Shown: positions 47,716 to 60,026, numbered from the stretch's first letter. The stretch: 64,000 nt of DNA from Macrostomum lignano (GCA_002269645.1 NIVC01002662.1:62001-126000), one strand, 5' to 3'. Made by a program: numbers and translations. The notes: generated from the sequence alone by a model not told the origin.

Positions 47716-48225
47716 TGACAGACAGACAGACAGGCAGGCAGACAGACAGACAGACACCAAGACACCAAGACAAACAGACAGACAGACACCAAGACAAACA
47801 GACAGACAGACAGACACCAAGACAAACAGACGGACAGACAGACACCAAGACAAACAGACAGACAGACAGACACCAAGACAAACAGACAGACAAACAGACA
47901 GACAGACACCAAGACAAACAGACACCAAGACAAACAGACACCAAGACAAACAGACACCAAAACAAACAGACAGACAAACAGACAGAAAAATAGACAGACA
48001 GACAGACACCAAGAAAAACAGACACCAAGACAAACAGACACCAAGACAAACAGACAGACAAACAGACAGACAGACACCAAGACAAACAGACACCAAGACA
48101 AACAGACACCAAGACAGACAGACAGACAACAAGACAAACACACAGACAGACACCAAGACAAACAGACAGACAGCCACCAAGACACTACTAAGACACAAGA
48201 AATCTCGTAAGACAGACAGATAGAC
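47716..48225. repeat. (CAGA)n/(CAAA)/(CCAA) compound microsatellite, intron 4
   Basis: Direct reading. Confidence 0.96.
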
Positions 48226-48235
48226 ACACTTACAG

Positions 48236-48463
48236 CAGCATCTTGGCCGCTCTCACTCGCAGGTGCGGTCTGGCGGGTCGCTCCGACCTCTCGGACGCGC
48301 TTTCGCAGCCACTGACTCGGTCTCTGTGCAGCCTGCTGCTGCTGCCGCTGACCTCCAGCTTAGCCAACGAGTCCGGCAGTGATGGCCCTGAGCAGGAGTG
48401 CAGAACGCTGACCGGGCACCTGCTCAGACAGACTCTGTGCTGCCCCACTGCCTGCTCATATCG
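48236..48463 (+). CDS. UBE3C: UBE3C-like, exon 5
   Basis: TTACAG|C; SILAALTRRCG...CPTACSY; donor CG|GTAACA; phases 2 to 2. Confidence 0.72.
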
Positions 48464-48494
48464 GTAACATACTCTAGCTAAACTCTTAACTCGA

Positions 48495-50025
48495 TGCTTA
48501 AGATCCCAACTTGATACTTGAGATCCTACAACTCGATTTTTGAGATCCCACAACTCGATCCATGAGATCCCACAACTCGATCCATGAGATCTCAACTCGA
48601 TCCATGAGACCCAACAACTCGATTCTTGAGATCCCAAAACTCGCTTTTTGAGACCCCACAACTCGATTCTTGAGATCCCACAACTCGATTCTTGAGATCC
48701 CACAACTCGATCCATGAGATCCCACAACTCGATTCTTAAGATCCCACAGCTCGATCCATGAGACCCAACAACTCGATTCTTGAGATCCCAAAACTCGCTT
48801 TTTGAGACCCCACAACTCGATTCTTGAGATCCCACAACTCGATTCTTGAGATCCCACAACTCGATCCATGAGATCCCACAACTCGATTCTTGAGATCCCA
48901 CAACTCGATTCTTGAGATCCCACAACTCGATCCATGAGATCCCACAACTCGATTCTTGAGATCCCACAACTCGATCCATGAGATCCCACAACTCGATTCT
49001 TAAGATCCCACAGCTCGATCCATGAGACCCAACAACTCGATTCTTGAGATCCCAAAACTCGCTTTTTGAGACCCCACAACTCGATTCTTGAGATCCCACA
49101 ACTCGATTCTTGAGATCCCACAACTCGATCCATGAGATCCCACAACTCGATTCTTGAGATCCCACAACTCGATCCATGAGATCCCACAACTCGATTCTTG
49201 AGATCCCACAACTCGATCCATGAGATCCCACAACTCGATTCTTGAGATCCCACAACTCGATCCATGAGATCCCACAACTCGATTCTTGAGATCCCACAAC
49301 TCGATCCATGAGATCCCACAGCTCGATCCATGAGACCCAACAACTCGATTCTTGAGATCCCACAACTCGATCCATGAGATCCCACAACTCGATTCTTGAG
49401 ATCCCACAACTCGATCCATGAGATCCCACAAATCGATTCTTGAGATCCCACAACTCGATCCATGAGATCCCACAACTCGATCCATGAGATCCCACAACTC
49501 GATTCTTGAGATCCCACAACTCGTTTCTTGAGACCCCACAACTCGATTCTTGAGATCCCACAACTCGTTTCTTGAGATCCCACAACTTGATCCATGAGAT
49601 CCCACAACTCGATTCTTGAGATCCCACAACTCGATCCATGAGATCCTACAACTCGATTCTTGAGATCCCACAACTCGATCCATGAGATCCCACAACTCGA
49701 TTCTTGAGATCCCACAACTCGATCCATGAGATCCCACAACTCGATCCTTGAGATCCCACAACTCGATCCATGAGATCCCACAACTCGATTCTTGAGATCC
49801 CACAACTCGATCCATGAGATCCCACAACTCGATCCATGAGATCCCACAACTCGATCCATGAGATCCCACAACTCGATTCTTGAGATCCCACAAATCGATT
49901 CTTGAGATCCTACAACTCGATCCTTGCCTGATATCTCACAACTCGCTTTTTGAGATCCCACAACTCGCTTTTTGAGATCCCACAACTCGTTTCTTGAGAT
50001 CCCACAACTCGATTCTTAAGATCCA
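48495..50025. repeat. Minisatellite, 22-bp unit with two alternating variants, intron 5
   Basis: GAGATCCCACAACTCGATCCAT / GAGATCCCACAACTCGATTCTT. Confidence 0.97.
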
Positions 50026-50035
50026 ATAACTGAAG

Positions 50036-50528
50036 CCAGCCTCAAGCAGCCTCTCCATCCCGATTACCCAGAGGCCACCGCGGCTGCATCGGCGGCAGCT
50101 TCTTCGCCGTCTCGCAACTGCCTTCGCCGGCCTCGCCGTTAGTCGCCTGCCAGCTGGTCGGCCCCCTGCTGGCCAGTGCCGCCGCCTCGCAGCCTCGGCT
50201 GGGCTCAGCTCTGCTGGCTGCCGCAAACGACGTCACGTCGCCAGCTACCGGCAACGGACAGTCCGGTCCAGGCCTGCTGCACCTCCTGGCTTGTCAGGGC
50301 CGCGAGATTCTTCTGCACAGCGCCACGATGTCACCTGCTGCGAGTGCCAGGCTGATGCTCCAGCTGTTGCACCTGAGCCGCCCCTGCCTTCGAGAGCTGC
50401 CAGCCGACCTCGCCGAGGACGTCGCAGCCGGCCTGTCGAGCGACTGGTTTGCCGAGGTGGCCCGAACTGCCGTAGCCGATGGTCCCGACAGCCAAGTGTT
50501 TGTGCACCTGAGCAGCGTCATCGAGATG
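50036..50528 (+). CDS. UBE3C: UBE3C-like, exon 6
   Basis: Open frame QPQAASPSRL...HLSSVIEM|GTGCGT; weak AAG acceptor, so the 5' boundary is less certain. Confidence 0.65.
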
Positions 50529-50599
50529 GTGCGTTCTTGGGGCTATTGCTATCGCTGGGTCTTGTTTGAGATTTTGGTGCGTTAGAAGCGCAGGTTTAG

Positions 50600-51146
50600 G
50601 AAATTTAGTGCCATGCAGGGTTAGTCACTGTATAAGATGTAGGGTTGGTCTGTTTATGAGATGCAGGGTTGGTCTGTTTATGGGATGCAGGGTTGGTCTG
50701 TTTATGAGATGCAGGGTTGGTCTGTTTATGGGATGCAGGGTTGGTCTGTTTATGAGATGCAGGGTTGGTCTGTTTATGGGATGCAGGGTTGGTCTGTTTA
50801 TGGGATGCAGGGTTGGTCAGTGCCTGAGATGCAGGGTTGGTCAGTGCCTGAGATGCAGGGTTGGTCAATGCCTGAGATGCAGGGTTGGTCAGTTCATTAG
50901 ATGCAGGGTTAATCAGTTTATGAGATGCAGGGTTAATCAGTTTATGAGATGCAGGGTTAATCAGTTTATGAGATGCAGGGTTGGTCAATGCCTGAGATGT
51001 AGGGTTAATCAGTTTATGAGATGCAGGGTTGGTCAGTTTATGAGATGCAGGGTTGGTCAATGCCTGAGATGCAGGGTTGGTCAGTGCCTGAGATGCAGGG
51101 TTGGTCAGTGCCTGAGATGCAGGGTTGGTCAGTGCCTGAGATGCAG
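50600..51146. repeat. Minisatellite, 24-bp unit, intron 6
   Basis: Tandem GAGATGCAGGGTTGGTCTGTTTAT and variants. Confidence 0.96.
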
Positions 51147-51164
51147 CCCCCCCCCACCCCGCAG

Positions 51165-51577
51165 GCCCCCAGCCTCAGCCTGTACTCCCTGACGCCCGCC
51201 GGTCCGGCCCGCTCCGCATTCCTGCGCAGTTTCTGGCAGGCGATCTCGCAGTTCCGTCACGGCCAGCACCCGCAGCCGTTGGTGCAGCTGATCTCTCGGG
51301 CTGTACAGCCCGAACTGCCTGCCATGGCCGCCCTGCAGCCGCTGCTGGCCGCATTCGCCAGACTTTTCTCGCCGGAGCCGCTGACTCGCCAGTGCCTGCT
51401 GGGCCTGTCTGCCGACCTGCGCGACCTTCTGCTGGGCCTGCTGCTGCTGTCACATCCTGACACGAGGCCCGACCTGCTCAATGCTGACTACGTGCGAGCT
51501 CTGCGGTCTCTAGGCGGCGCTGTGGGACCCGAGGCAGCTGCTGGTGCTGACAATAGCGGAGCTGGCAGCGGCTCCAG
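51165..51577 (+). CDS. UBE3C: UBE3C-like, exon 7
   Basis: CCCCGCAG|APSLSLYSL...SGAGSGS; donor AG|GTGCGG; phases 0 to 2. Confidence 0.75.
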
Positions 51578-51585
51578 GTGCGGCT

Positions 51586-53346
51586 CCCAGTCTGACAATA
51601 TCCCAATCGGTTTCAAATCCCTAGTCTGATAATATCCCAATCAGGGTCAAATCCCCAGTCTGACAATATCCCAATCAGGGTCAAATCCCCAGTCTGACAA
51701 TATCCCAATCGGTTTCAAATCCCCAGTCTGACAATATCCCAATCAGGGTCAAATCCCCAGTCTGACAATATCCCAATCAGGTTGGAATCCCCAGTCTGAC
51801 AATATCCCAATCAGGTTGAAATCCCCAGTCTGACAATATCCCAATCGGGTTGGAATCCCCAGTCTGACAATATCCCAATCGGATTCAAATCCCCAGTCTG
51901 ACAATATCCCAATCGGTTTCAAATCCCTAGTCTGACAATATCCCAATCGGATTCAAATCCCCAGTCTGACAATATCCCAATCAGGTTGGAATCCCCAGTC
52001 TGACAATATCCCAATCAGGTTGAAATCCCCAGTCTGACAATATCCCAATCGGGTTGGAATCCCCAGTCTGACAATATCCCAATCAGGGTCAAATCCCCAG
52101 TCTGACAATATCCCAATCAGGTTGAAATCCCCAGTCTGACAATATCCCAATCAGGTTGGAATACCCAGTCTGACAATATCCCAATCAGGTTGGAATCCCC
52201 AGTTTGACAATATCCCAATCAGGTTGGAATCCCCAGTCTGACAATATCCCAATCAGGTTGGAATCCCCAGTCTGACAATATCCCAATCAGGTTGGAATCC
52301 CCAGTCTGACAATATCCCAATCAGATTGGAATCCCCAGTCTGACAATATCCCAATCAGGTTGGAATCCCCAGTCTGACAATATCCCAATCAGGTTGGAAT
52401 CCCCAGTCTGACAATATCCCAATCAGATTGGAATCCCCAGTCTGACAATATCCCAATCAGGTTGGAATCCCCAGTCTGACAATATCCCAATCAGGTTGGA
52501 ATCCCCAGTTTGACAATATCCCAATCAGGTTGGAATCCCCAGTCTGACAATATCCCAATCAGGTTGGAATCCCCAGTCTGACAATATCCCAATCGGACTC
52601 AAATTCCCAGTCTGACAATATCCCAATCGGTTTCAAATCCCCAGTCTGACAATATCCCAATCGGTTTCAAATCCCCAGTCTGACAATATCCCAATCGGTT
52701 TCAAATTCCCAGTCTGACAATATCCCAATCGGACTCAAATCCCCAGTCTGACAATATCCCAATCGGACTCAAATTCCCAGTCTGACAATATCCCAATCGG
52801 GCTCAAATCCCCAGTCTGACAATATCCCAATCGGACTCAAATTCCCAGTCTGACAATATCCCAATCGGGCTCAAATCCCCAGTCTGACAATATCCCAATC
52901 GGGCTCAAATTCCCAGTCTGACAATATCCCAATCGGACTCAAATTCCCAGTCTGACAATATCCCAATCGGTTTCAAATCCCCAGTCTGACAATATCCCAA
53001 TCGGACTCAAATCCCCAGTCTGACAATATCCCAATCGGACTCAAATCCCCAGTCTGACAATATCCCAATCGGACTCAAATTCCCAGTCTGACAATATCCC
53101 AATCGGACTCAAATTCCCAGTCTGACAATATCCCAATCTGGTTTGAATCCCCAGTCTGACAATATCCCAATCGGGCTCAAATCCCCAGTCTGACAATATC
53201 CCAATCGGTTTCAAATCCCTAGTCTGACAATATCCCAATCGGATTCAAATCCCCAGTCTGACAATATCCCAATCGGTTTCAAATCCCTAGTCTGACAATA
53301 TCCCAATCGGATTCAAATCCCCAGTCTGACAATATCCCAATCGGAC
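51586..53346. repeat. Minisatellite, 34-bp unit (about 52 copies), intron 7
   Basis: Tandem CCCCAGTCTGACAATATCCCAATCGGACTCAAAT and variants. Confidence 0.98.
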
Positions 53347-53360
53347 TCTCACACCCTCAG

Positions 53361-53889
53361 GGAGCTACTCCAGCTCTACTCCAGCTTGTTCTCCAGCGTG
53401 AAGCTCCTGGTGAGCCGCCTGTACAGCCTCGACCAGCTGCGCAAGTTCACTCCGGCCTCGTCAAACGCCAGCCTGGAATCTTCGGGCACCTCCTCGCACT
53501 GGTCTGTGCAGGGCCGCATTCCGCCCATCAAGTCGCTGCAGCCGGCCTACTGGTTGGAGCGCGAGGCTTCCAACAGTTTTGGCTACTATTCTGTGCTGAA
53601 TGACTCAATCAGCATTCCTTACCTGTCCTCTACTGAGCGGCTACAGCTGGCCATTCTCACCGAGGCGCCCTACCTCATCAACTTCTGGGACCGAGTTCGC
53701 CTATTCTATTCACTGCTGCACGCCTACAAAGCTTCTATTGATTATGATAGGCACGAGTTTGGCGCCTCCGGTATCAGGGTCACCGCTAGGCGAGACAAAA
53801 TCTATGAGGACGCCTTCAGCCAACTGTATGGGGAGGAGAATCTCTATCCTAGGCTTAAGGTGTCGTTTCGCAACGAGCTGGGCCTGGAG
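53361..53889 (+). CDS. UBE3C: UBE3C-like, exon 8 (pre-HECT and HECT start)
   Basis: AILTEAPYLINFWDRVRLF and IRVTARRDKIYEDAFSQL..LKVSFRNELGLE; donor GTGAGC. Confidence 0.92.
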
Positions 53890-53937
53890 GTGAGCATTCC
53901 AATAATTCCATCGATTTGAGAGACTCTAGCTAAGGCT

Positions 53938-54465
53938 CTGATCCCATATCTCCTATGATCCCATATACTCCTTCTATGATCCCATATCTCCTTCTATGAT
54001 CCCATATCTCCTTCTATGATCCCATATCTCATTCTATGATCCCATATCTTCTTCTATGGTCCTATATCTCCTATGATTTCATATATCCTTTTATGATCCT
54101 ACATCTCCTTCTATGATTCCAAATCTCACTTTCTGATTATATATCTCACTCCATGATCCCCTATCATACCCTCTAAATAAATCTATTACTCACTCTCTGA
54201 TCCCGTATCTCACTATATTATCCCATATCTCCTATGGTCCCATATCTCTCTGATCCAATATCTCACTCTCTGATCCCATATCTCACTCTCTGATCCCATA
54301 TCTCACTCTCTGATCCCATATCTCACTCTCTGATCCCATATCTCACTCTCTGATCCCATATCTCACTCTCTGATCCCATATCTCACTCTCTGATCCCATA
54401 TCTCACTCTCTGATCCCATATCTCACTCTCTGATCCCATATCTCACTCTCTGATCCCATATCTCA
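53938..54465. repeat. Minisatellite, about 20-bp unit, intron 8
   Basis: Tandem ATCCCATATCTCACTCTCTG; degenerate at the 5' end. Confidence 0.95.
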
Positions 54466-54497
54466 CACATGCTTTCAACTATCCCACGGTGCCGTAG

Positions 54498-54835
54498 GAG
54501 GCCGGCATAGACGGTGGCGGGCTGATGCGGGAGTTCCTTGCCCTGGTGCTGTCGGCAGCCTTTGATCCGCAGCGCGGCTTCTACAGCCAGGCGAGCTCCG
54601 GCGCGCTGTACCCGAACCCGTTGAGCGCCGCCATCAATTCGGAGTTCACGTCGCACTATTTCTTTCACGGCCGCCTGCTGGGCAAACTGTTGTTCGAACG
54701 GCTGCTCATTGACCTGCCGTTGGCGCCGTTCTTCCTCCGGCGGGTGATCATCTACGCCAGCGGGGCGAGGGACGCCCAGCAGCGGGCGGCGGCCAGTCTT
54801 GACGAGCTTGAAGAGCTCGACGCTGAGCTGTATAA
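54498..54835 (+). CDS. UBE3C: UBE3C-like, exon 9 (HECT N-lobe)
   Basis: EAGIDGGGLMREF, LYPNP, YFFHGRLLGKLLFE and LDELEELDAELY; donor AA|GTGAGC. Confidence 0.95.
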
Positions 54836-54899
54836 GTGAGCAGAGGTTTTTTGAGTTTTTTAGGACCAGTGTAAACTAAAAAATAGTTAAATGTCCAGC

Positions 54900-55450
54900 G
54901 CCGATATGTATTAAAAGTGCAAAAAATGAGGATTGTCGATGACTCGATATGTATCAGAAGTACAAATAATTAGAGTTTCCGATATGTATCGAAAGTTTAA
55001 ATAATCAGAATCGCCGATATGTATCGAAATTACAAATAATCAGAATCGCCGATATGTATCGAAAGTATAAATAGTCAAAATTACCGATATGTATCGAAAA
55101 TAGGAATAATCAGAATCGCCGATATGTATCGAAAGTAAAAATAATCAGGATCGCCGATATGTATCGAAAGTAAAAATAATCAGAATCGCCGATATGTATC
55201 GAAAGTAAAAATAATCAGGATCGCCGATATGTATCGAAAGTAAAAATAATCAGGATCGCCAATATGTATCGAAAATAAAAATAATCAGAATCGCCGATAT
55301 GTATCGAAAATACGAATAATCAGAATCGCCGATATGTATCGAAAGTAAAAATAATCAGAATCGCCGATATGTATCAAAAGTATAAATAACCAGAATCGCC
55401 GATATGTATCGAAAGTAAAAATAATCAGAATCGCCGATATGTATCGAAAA
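54900..55450. repeat. Minisatellite, 35-bp unit, intron 9
   Basis: Tandem GCCGATATGTATCGAAAGTAAAAATAATCAGAATC. Confidence 0.96.
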
Positions 55451-55472
55451 ATTGCCCCCCCCCTTTCCCTAG

Positions 55473-56124
55473 AAACGTGCTAGCCCTAAGCTCGGCAAGC
55501 GCCGAGGACCTCGAAGCTATGGAGTTGGACTTCAGCCTCACCGAGGACCGTCTCGGCCGCTCGGAGACCGTGGAACTCAAACCGGACGGCAGCAGTGTCC
55601 GAGTGACGCCGGACAATGTCACCGAGTACCAGCTGCTGCTCGCCGACTACCGGCTCCGCAGGCAGACCGCCGCCCAGACGCAGGCCTTCGCCCAGGGCCT
55701 CGTGTCGGTGATCCCCTGCAGCGATTGGCTGGCCTTCTTCTCCCACAACGAGCTGCAGCTGCTCATCAGCGGTTCCGACAGTCCGATCGACGTGCTGGAT
55801 CTTCGCCGACACACGCAGTACCAGAACTGCTCCGCCGAGTCCGACACCGTAGCCGCTTTCTGGCGACTCATGCTGGACGACTTCGACGAACTCCAGCGTC
55901 GGGCCGTCCTGCGGTTTGTCACCTCGCTGACTCGGGCGCCTCTGTACGGCTGGCAAGAGCTGCAGCCTGCCTTCACGCTGGCGCTGGTGCCCGAGACCGA
56001 CCGTCTGCCCACCGCCAGCACCTGCATCAACCTGCTGAAGCTGCCCGACTATGGTGACATGGACACGCTCAAGCAGAAGCTCATGCTAGCTGTGGAGTCT
56101 AATAGCGGATTTGAGCTCAGTTAA
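55473..56124 (+). CDS. UBE3C: UBE3C-like, exon 10 (HECT C-lobe)
   Basis: FSHNELQLLISG, VLRFVTS, catalytic RLPTASTCINLLKLP and terminal GFELS; spliced CDS 3297 nt = 1098 aa; UBE3B orthology not excluded. Confidence 0.95.
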
Positions 56125-56169
56125 CTTGAGTAGCTTTTAAGCTGAGCTGATAGATACGGTAGATACGGC

Positions 56170-56615
56170 TGCATGAGCTCAGATTCTTGCTTGGTGCTTC
56201 ATCAGATCCCAAATTAGCCCAGATCCCAAATGTGCTCAGATCCCACATGATCTCAGATCCCACATGAGCTCAGATCCCAAATGTGCTCAGATCCCACATG
56301 ATCTCAGATCCCACATGATCTCAGATCCCACATGATCTCAGATCCCACATGAGCTCAAGATCCCAAATGAACTCAGATCACACATGAGCTCAGATCCCAC
56401 ATGATCTCAGATCCCACATGATCTCAGATCCCACATGAGCTCAAGATCCCAAATGAACTCAGATCCTAAATGAACTCAGATCCCACATGAGCTCAAATCC
56501 CACATGAGCTCAAATCCCAAATGAGCTCAAATCCCACATGATCTCAGATCCCAAATGAGCTCAAATCCCACATGAGCTTCAAATCCCACATGAGCTCAGA
56601 TCCCACATGAGCCCA
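56170..56615. repeat. Minisatellite, 17-bp unit, 3' of the HECT gene stop
   Basis: Tandem CAGATCCCACATGA(T/G)CT. Confidence 0.94.
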
Positions 56616-57214
56616 GACTCCCGGATGCTTCATCAGGTATCACCGCGTAAAGTACATAAATATTGTATCATAAAAAATAATAAACGATATGTATAGAAAA
56701 TCAGCAAGATCCAGATGCCTTCATGTCATGCTGCATCGCTTTCAATGCGAGGCGCTCACCTAATTATTTATTCAGACTTAGACTTTTCGTTAAGTGCAAC
56801 TCTGAATTATTTTTTACAATTGTAATATTTTTTATTTGATGCGTGTTTTTACTACTTATCAATGTCAGTAGTAATAAGAAAGACTGGTAAGTAGCGGCCG
56901 ACAGTACGTGCGACGAGACCAATTCGTTTCTTAAAGCCTCCTTTGTTTTTAGTCTGCTTGTCTATAATTACTTTTCTGTGCTTGTACTATAACTTAATAA
57001 TAATTATATAGTGCAATGATTGTCGGGCCTGTTAATAAGCACGGCGTTAAAAATAAACACCTGACAGAAGTTGACCTGATTTTTTGAGGCTTATAAATTT
57101 AATCATTAGTGCTTGCCTTTCATTTTCTCTCGTGGCTTACTTTAGTCTGTGTATATTCGTAGACTGTGTTAAACTATCGAGGTGCAAAGAGTGTAACATT
57201 TTACACCATTAAGT

Positions 57215-57660
57215 ACCCATAATCTGTGACCAAATGAGCACACATTGTCCACCATTGAGTACTCATAATCTGTGACACAGTGAGCATACATCGTCCACCA
57301 TTGAGTACTCATAATCTGTGACACAGTGAGCACACATCGTCCACCATTGAGTACTCATAATCTGTGACACAGTGAGCACACATCGTCCACCATTGAGTAC
57401 TCAGAATCTGTGACACAGTGAGCACACATTGTCCACCATTGAGTACCCCAGTATCTGTGACCAAATGAGCACACATTGTCCACCTGTGAGTACCTAGAAT
57501 CTGTGACCAAATGAGCACACATTGTACACCATTGAGTACTCAGAATCTGTGACACAGTGAGCACACATTGTACACCATTGAGTACCCCAGTATCTGTGAC
57601 CAAATGAGCACACATTGTCCACCTGTGAGTACCTAGAATCTGTGACGCAGTGAGTACACA
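57215..57660. repeat. Minisatellite, about 46-bp unit
   Basis: Tandem CCATTGAGTACTCATAATCTGTGACACAGTGAGCACACATCGTCCA. Confidence 0.94.
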
Positions 57661-57986
57661 TTCGGAGATGCTGTGTCCTGTTGTCCTCCCAACGCGAAGG
57701 GAAGGCCACTGGAGTCCCGAATGACGCATGTAGCTTACTAGCTTGCAGCTCATAGCCCGTACTCCTAGCGTCCCGATTGGATTACAAAAAGTCTTGATTG
57801 TGTAAGGTCTAAAAATTTTCTCGTCAAAAAACCTGTGTTCGACGACCGTTGCTAACGGACCTGATTGGTCCAAAGGCGGATTTTATGTTTGCCAGTCAGA
57901 GTTGCTATAATATAGCTGAGTCTTTTCTGACTTGAGATGCAGAACTGCTTAACTCAGCTGTTCCAAGTTCCTCTCCTAGCAGAGAA

Positions 57987-58395
57987 ATGTTCCGCCCAAC
58001 AGCCACTCTCTCCGTTCTGTTCTGCACTGCCCTCTTGCTGACTTGCGTCACCTGCAGATTCGTCCGCTTCGAATACCTGGGATGCTACAAAGACCGTGTG
58101 TCACCCAGAGACCTGAACGGGCTCAGTGGAGGCAGCAGGATCGGTGGATTCGATGTCGAAAATTACAAGAGAGTCCGCAGCGCGGAGATGTCGCACGAGC
58201 TGTGCAGCGGCATCTGCTCGATCGGTAGCTTCCCGTACTTCGGAGTGCAGTACAGCACAGAGTGCTACTGCGGCAACTCCTTCGGATCCCATGGCCTGGC
58301 GAGCGAAGCCGACTGCAGCATGGATTGCTCGGGAAACGCGATGCAGAAGTGTGGCGGCCCCGTCAAAAACTCCGTGTTCTCCCTGAGCTACCCAG
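57987..58395 (+). CDS. Secreted WSC-domain protein, exon 1 (signal peptide plus WSC)
   Basis: Hydrophobic N-terminus; YLGCYKD, CSGIC, YFGVQYSTECYCGN and CSMDCSGNAMQKCGG WSC signature; donor G|GTACTG. Confidence 0.92.
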
Positions 58396-58485
58396 GTACT
58401 GTCCTGATTTCTAAATCCCTGTACCTTTAGTCAGAAAGAAAGCATGCTAATTATTGAAAAGCTGATTTATCGTGCAATTTTTCAG

Positions 58486-58727
58486 TTTCGGACAACAACA
58501 CCTACACGGTAGTGAAGCAGTCCAGCCCTCCCGTGACATCCGGTACCACTTCCGTCTGGCCTGTCGCTGCCCAGTCCGTCGAGGACTGCCTGCTCCGGTG
58601 CAGCGCCAGAGCCGACTGCCAGGCCGCCGTTTTCTCCCGACAGGAGCTCGCCTGCCACCTGCTGGAGTTCGTGTACCCGCCTGGCCACCTGAGCGGACCC
58701 GAGTGGACTCTGTTCGTGCGTGGCTGA
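58486..58727 (+). CDS. Secreted WSC-domain protein, exon 2 (PAN/Apple-like domain)
   Basis: TTTCAG acceptor, phase 1; SVEDCLLRCSARADCQAAVFSRQELACHLL has the C-x3-C-x5-C...C spacing; spliced protein 216 aa. Confidence 0.82.
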
Positions 58728-59252
58728 GCTGGAGCGGTGCGGTGACCGACTGGCTCAGCTGATGAGCTGAACAGGGACTCCAGCAAACTGAATCTTTGAT
58801 GCGAAGTCCCACATCCTCAAGACAAATAAAAGTTTAAGCTAAAAAGCTGTGTTGGTTTCATTCAGAAACTCTCTTATTCAGGGGTTCTGTTAGTTTTTGC
58901 ACTCGTGCTGTTTTTTGCGCCGTGTGCTTCAGAAAAAAAAAGAAATAAAAAATGCCTATGGTTGCAGACAAACTTCCTCTTGAAAATTCATCAGCAATTG
59001 GTTAGAAATTTTCCGGATTTTTTCTGCTTGATTTTCAACACAAAAGAGATTCATTTCAGAATTATATGGATTTCTGCTTTCATTGTATTTTTCTGTGGGC
59101 TTTTTCTTCTATAGGATTTGTGGAAGAGCGTCACACACACACACTGACAACTAAAGTGGAAAGTCGATGCAAGAAGTTTTCTGTTTCTTTTGGCACATTA
59201 GCCGACCGACATCTCGTTTGTAAACTGTTGCCTCTCCAAGAGGAGTTTTAGA

Positions 59253-59615
59253 GGGGGGGCCGTAGCCCAGCGGTAGCGCAGCTGCTCTGGTGTGCCAGCG
59301 ACCCAGGCTCGATTCCAAGTGCAGTCACATTAATTTGGGGCTGAATTGGAATCTCGCTTGGCTCTGCTTGTGCAATTAACGGCCTTGAGAGCCAACCCCC
59401 CAAGGCGCAGTGAAGTGTACATGCCTAACGATAATATAAAGTTAGGGCCGCTGTACACTCCTGTGTGAGTGTGTGCCTGCGTACGTATCCGCGCGCTTGT
59501 ATGCCTGCTCAGGGGAGTCGGCGGAATGGGCAGTAATGCCTCTCGCCGGTTGTGTGCCTATGTCGCTTAAAGTGCGCCAGGGTGCACACAACCCCCCTGC
59601 CTCTAATAAAAAAAT
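59253..59615 (+). mobile_element. tRNA-derived SINE, full-length copy 2
   Basis: A/B boxes; A-rich tail; 15-bp TSD AAGAGGAGTTTTAGA (59238-59252, 59616-59630). Confidence 0.92.
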
Positions 59616-59630
59616 AAGAGGAGTTTTAGA

Positions 59631-60026
59631 CTAGTTAAAGAACATCCGCCCTTCATTGCACTTTCGTGTTCTTCCATGACTGTACAGTTTGTCCATGACT
59701 CCAGCAACTCTATGCTTGGTAAAAAAAAGTCTGAAAATTTTATTCAAACATTTTGCAACGCCTTCTTGGCGACATATCGTCTCACAACCAGCGCTGACAG
59801 CAGACAGCAGAGAGCTGTAGACAGAGGCGCGATCGAGTCCGATCGTAGCGGACCCTTGCACCATAAGCAACGTTGCAGTGCAGGTGCGGAAACAGTCCAT
59901 GATGGTTAACAATGGATCAATACAGTTGCTCGCTTCCTGTGGGATTTTCGCTTGATTTCCTGTAGATCGCCCATGCTTAACTCCCGTCAAATGTGTGTTG
60001 GCTAACTTTGAAATCAAAACATCCAT
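59631..60026 (-). CDS. Hypothetical 131-aa protein (candidate)
   Basis: Non-repetitive ORF with strong start context ACACCATGG; no recognisable motif. Confidence 0.3.
   Translation of the reverse strand: MDVLISKLANTHLTGVKHGRSTGNQAKIPQEASNCIDPLLTIMDCFRTCTATLLMVQGSATIGLDRASVYSSLLSAVSAGCETICRQEGVAKCLNKIFRLFFTKHRVAGVMDKLYSHGRTRKCNEGRMFFN

Noticed and set aside
48230-49985. 469-, 495- and 297-aa minus-strand ORFs
   Set aside because: Translations of a 22-bp intronic satellite, antisense to the HECT gene
51586-53346. CRISPR-like appearance of the regular 34-bp arrays
   Set aside because: Units are contiguous with no unique spacers, no cas genes, and the context is a spliceosomal intron
54900-55450. 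Link between the CGATATGTATCG satellite and hAT subterminal GTATCG/CGATAC motifs
   Set aside because: Only a 5-6-nt resemblance; no TIR or TSD around the array
58755-58800. CTGATGA hammerhead-like core (also at 12752)
   Set aside because: No downstream GAAA..UH or closing helices
59253-59325. tRNA gene at the SINE head (also 7949)
   Set aside because: A/B boxes are present, but the T-stem is broken and there is no acceptor-stem pairing; embedded in a TSD-flanked repeat
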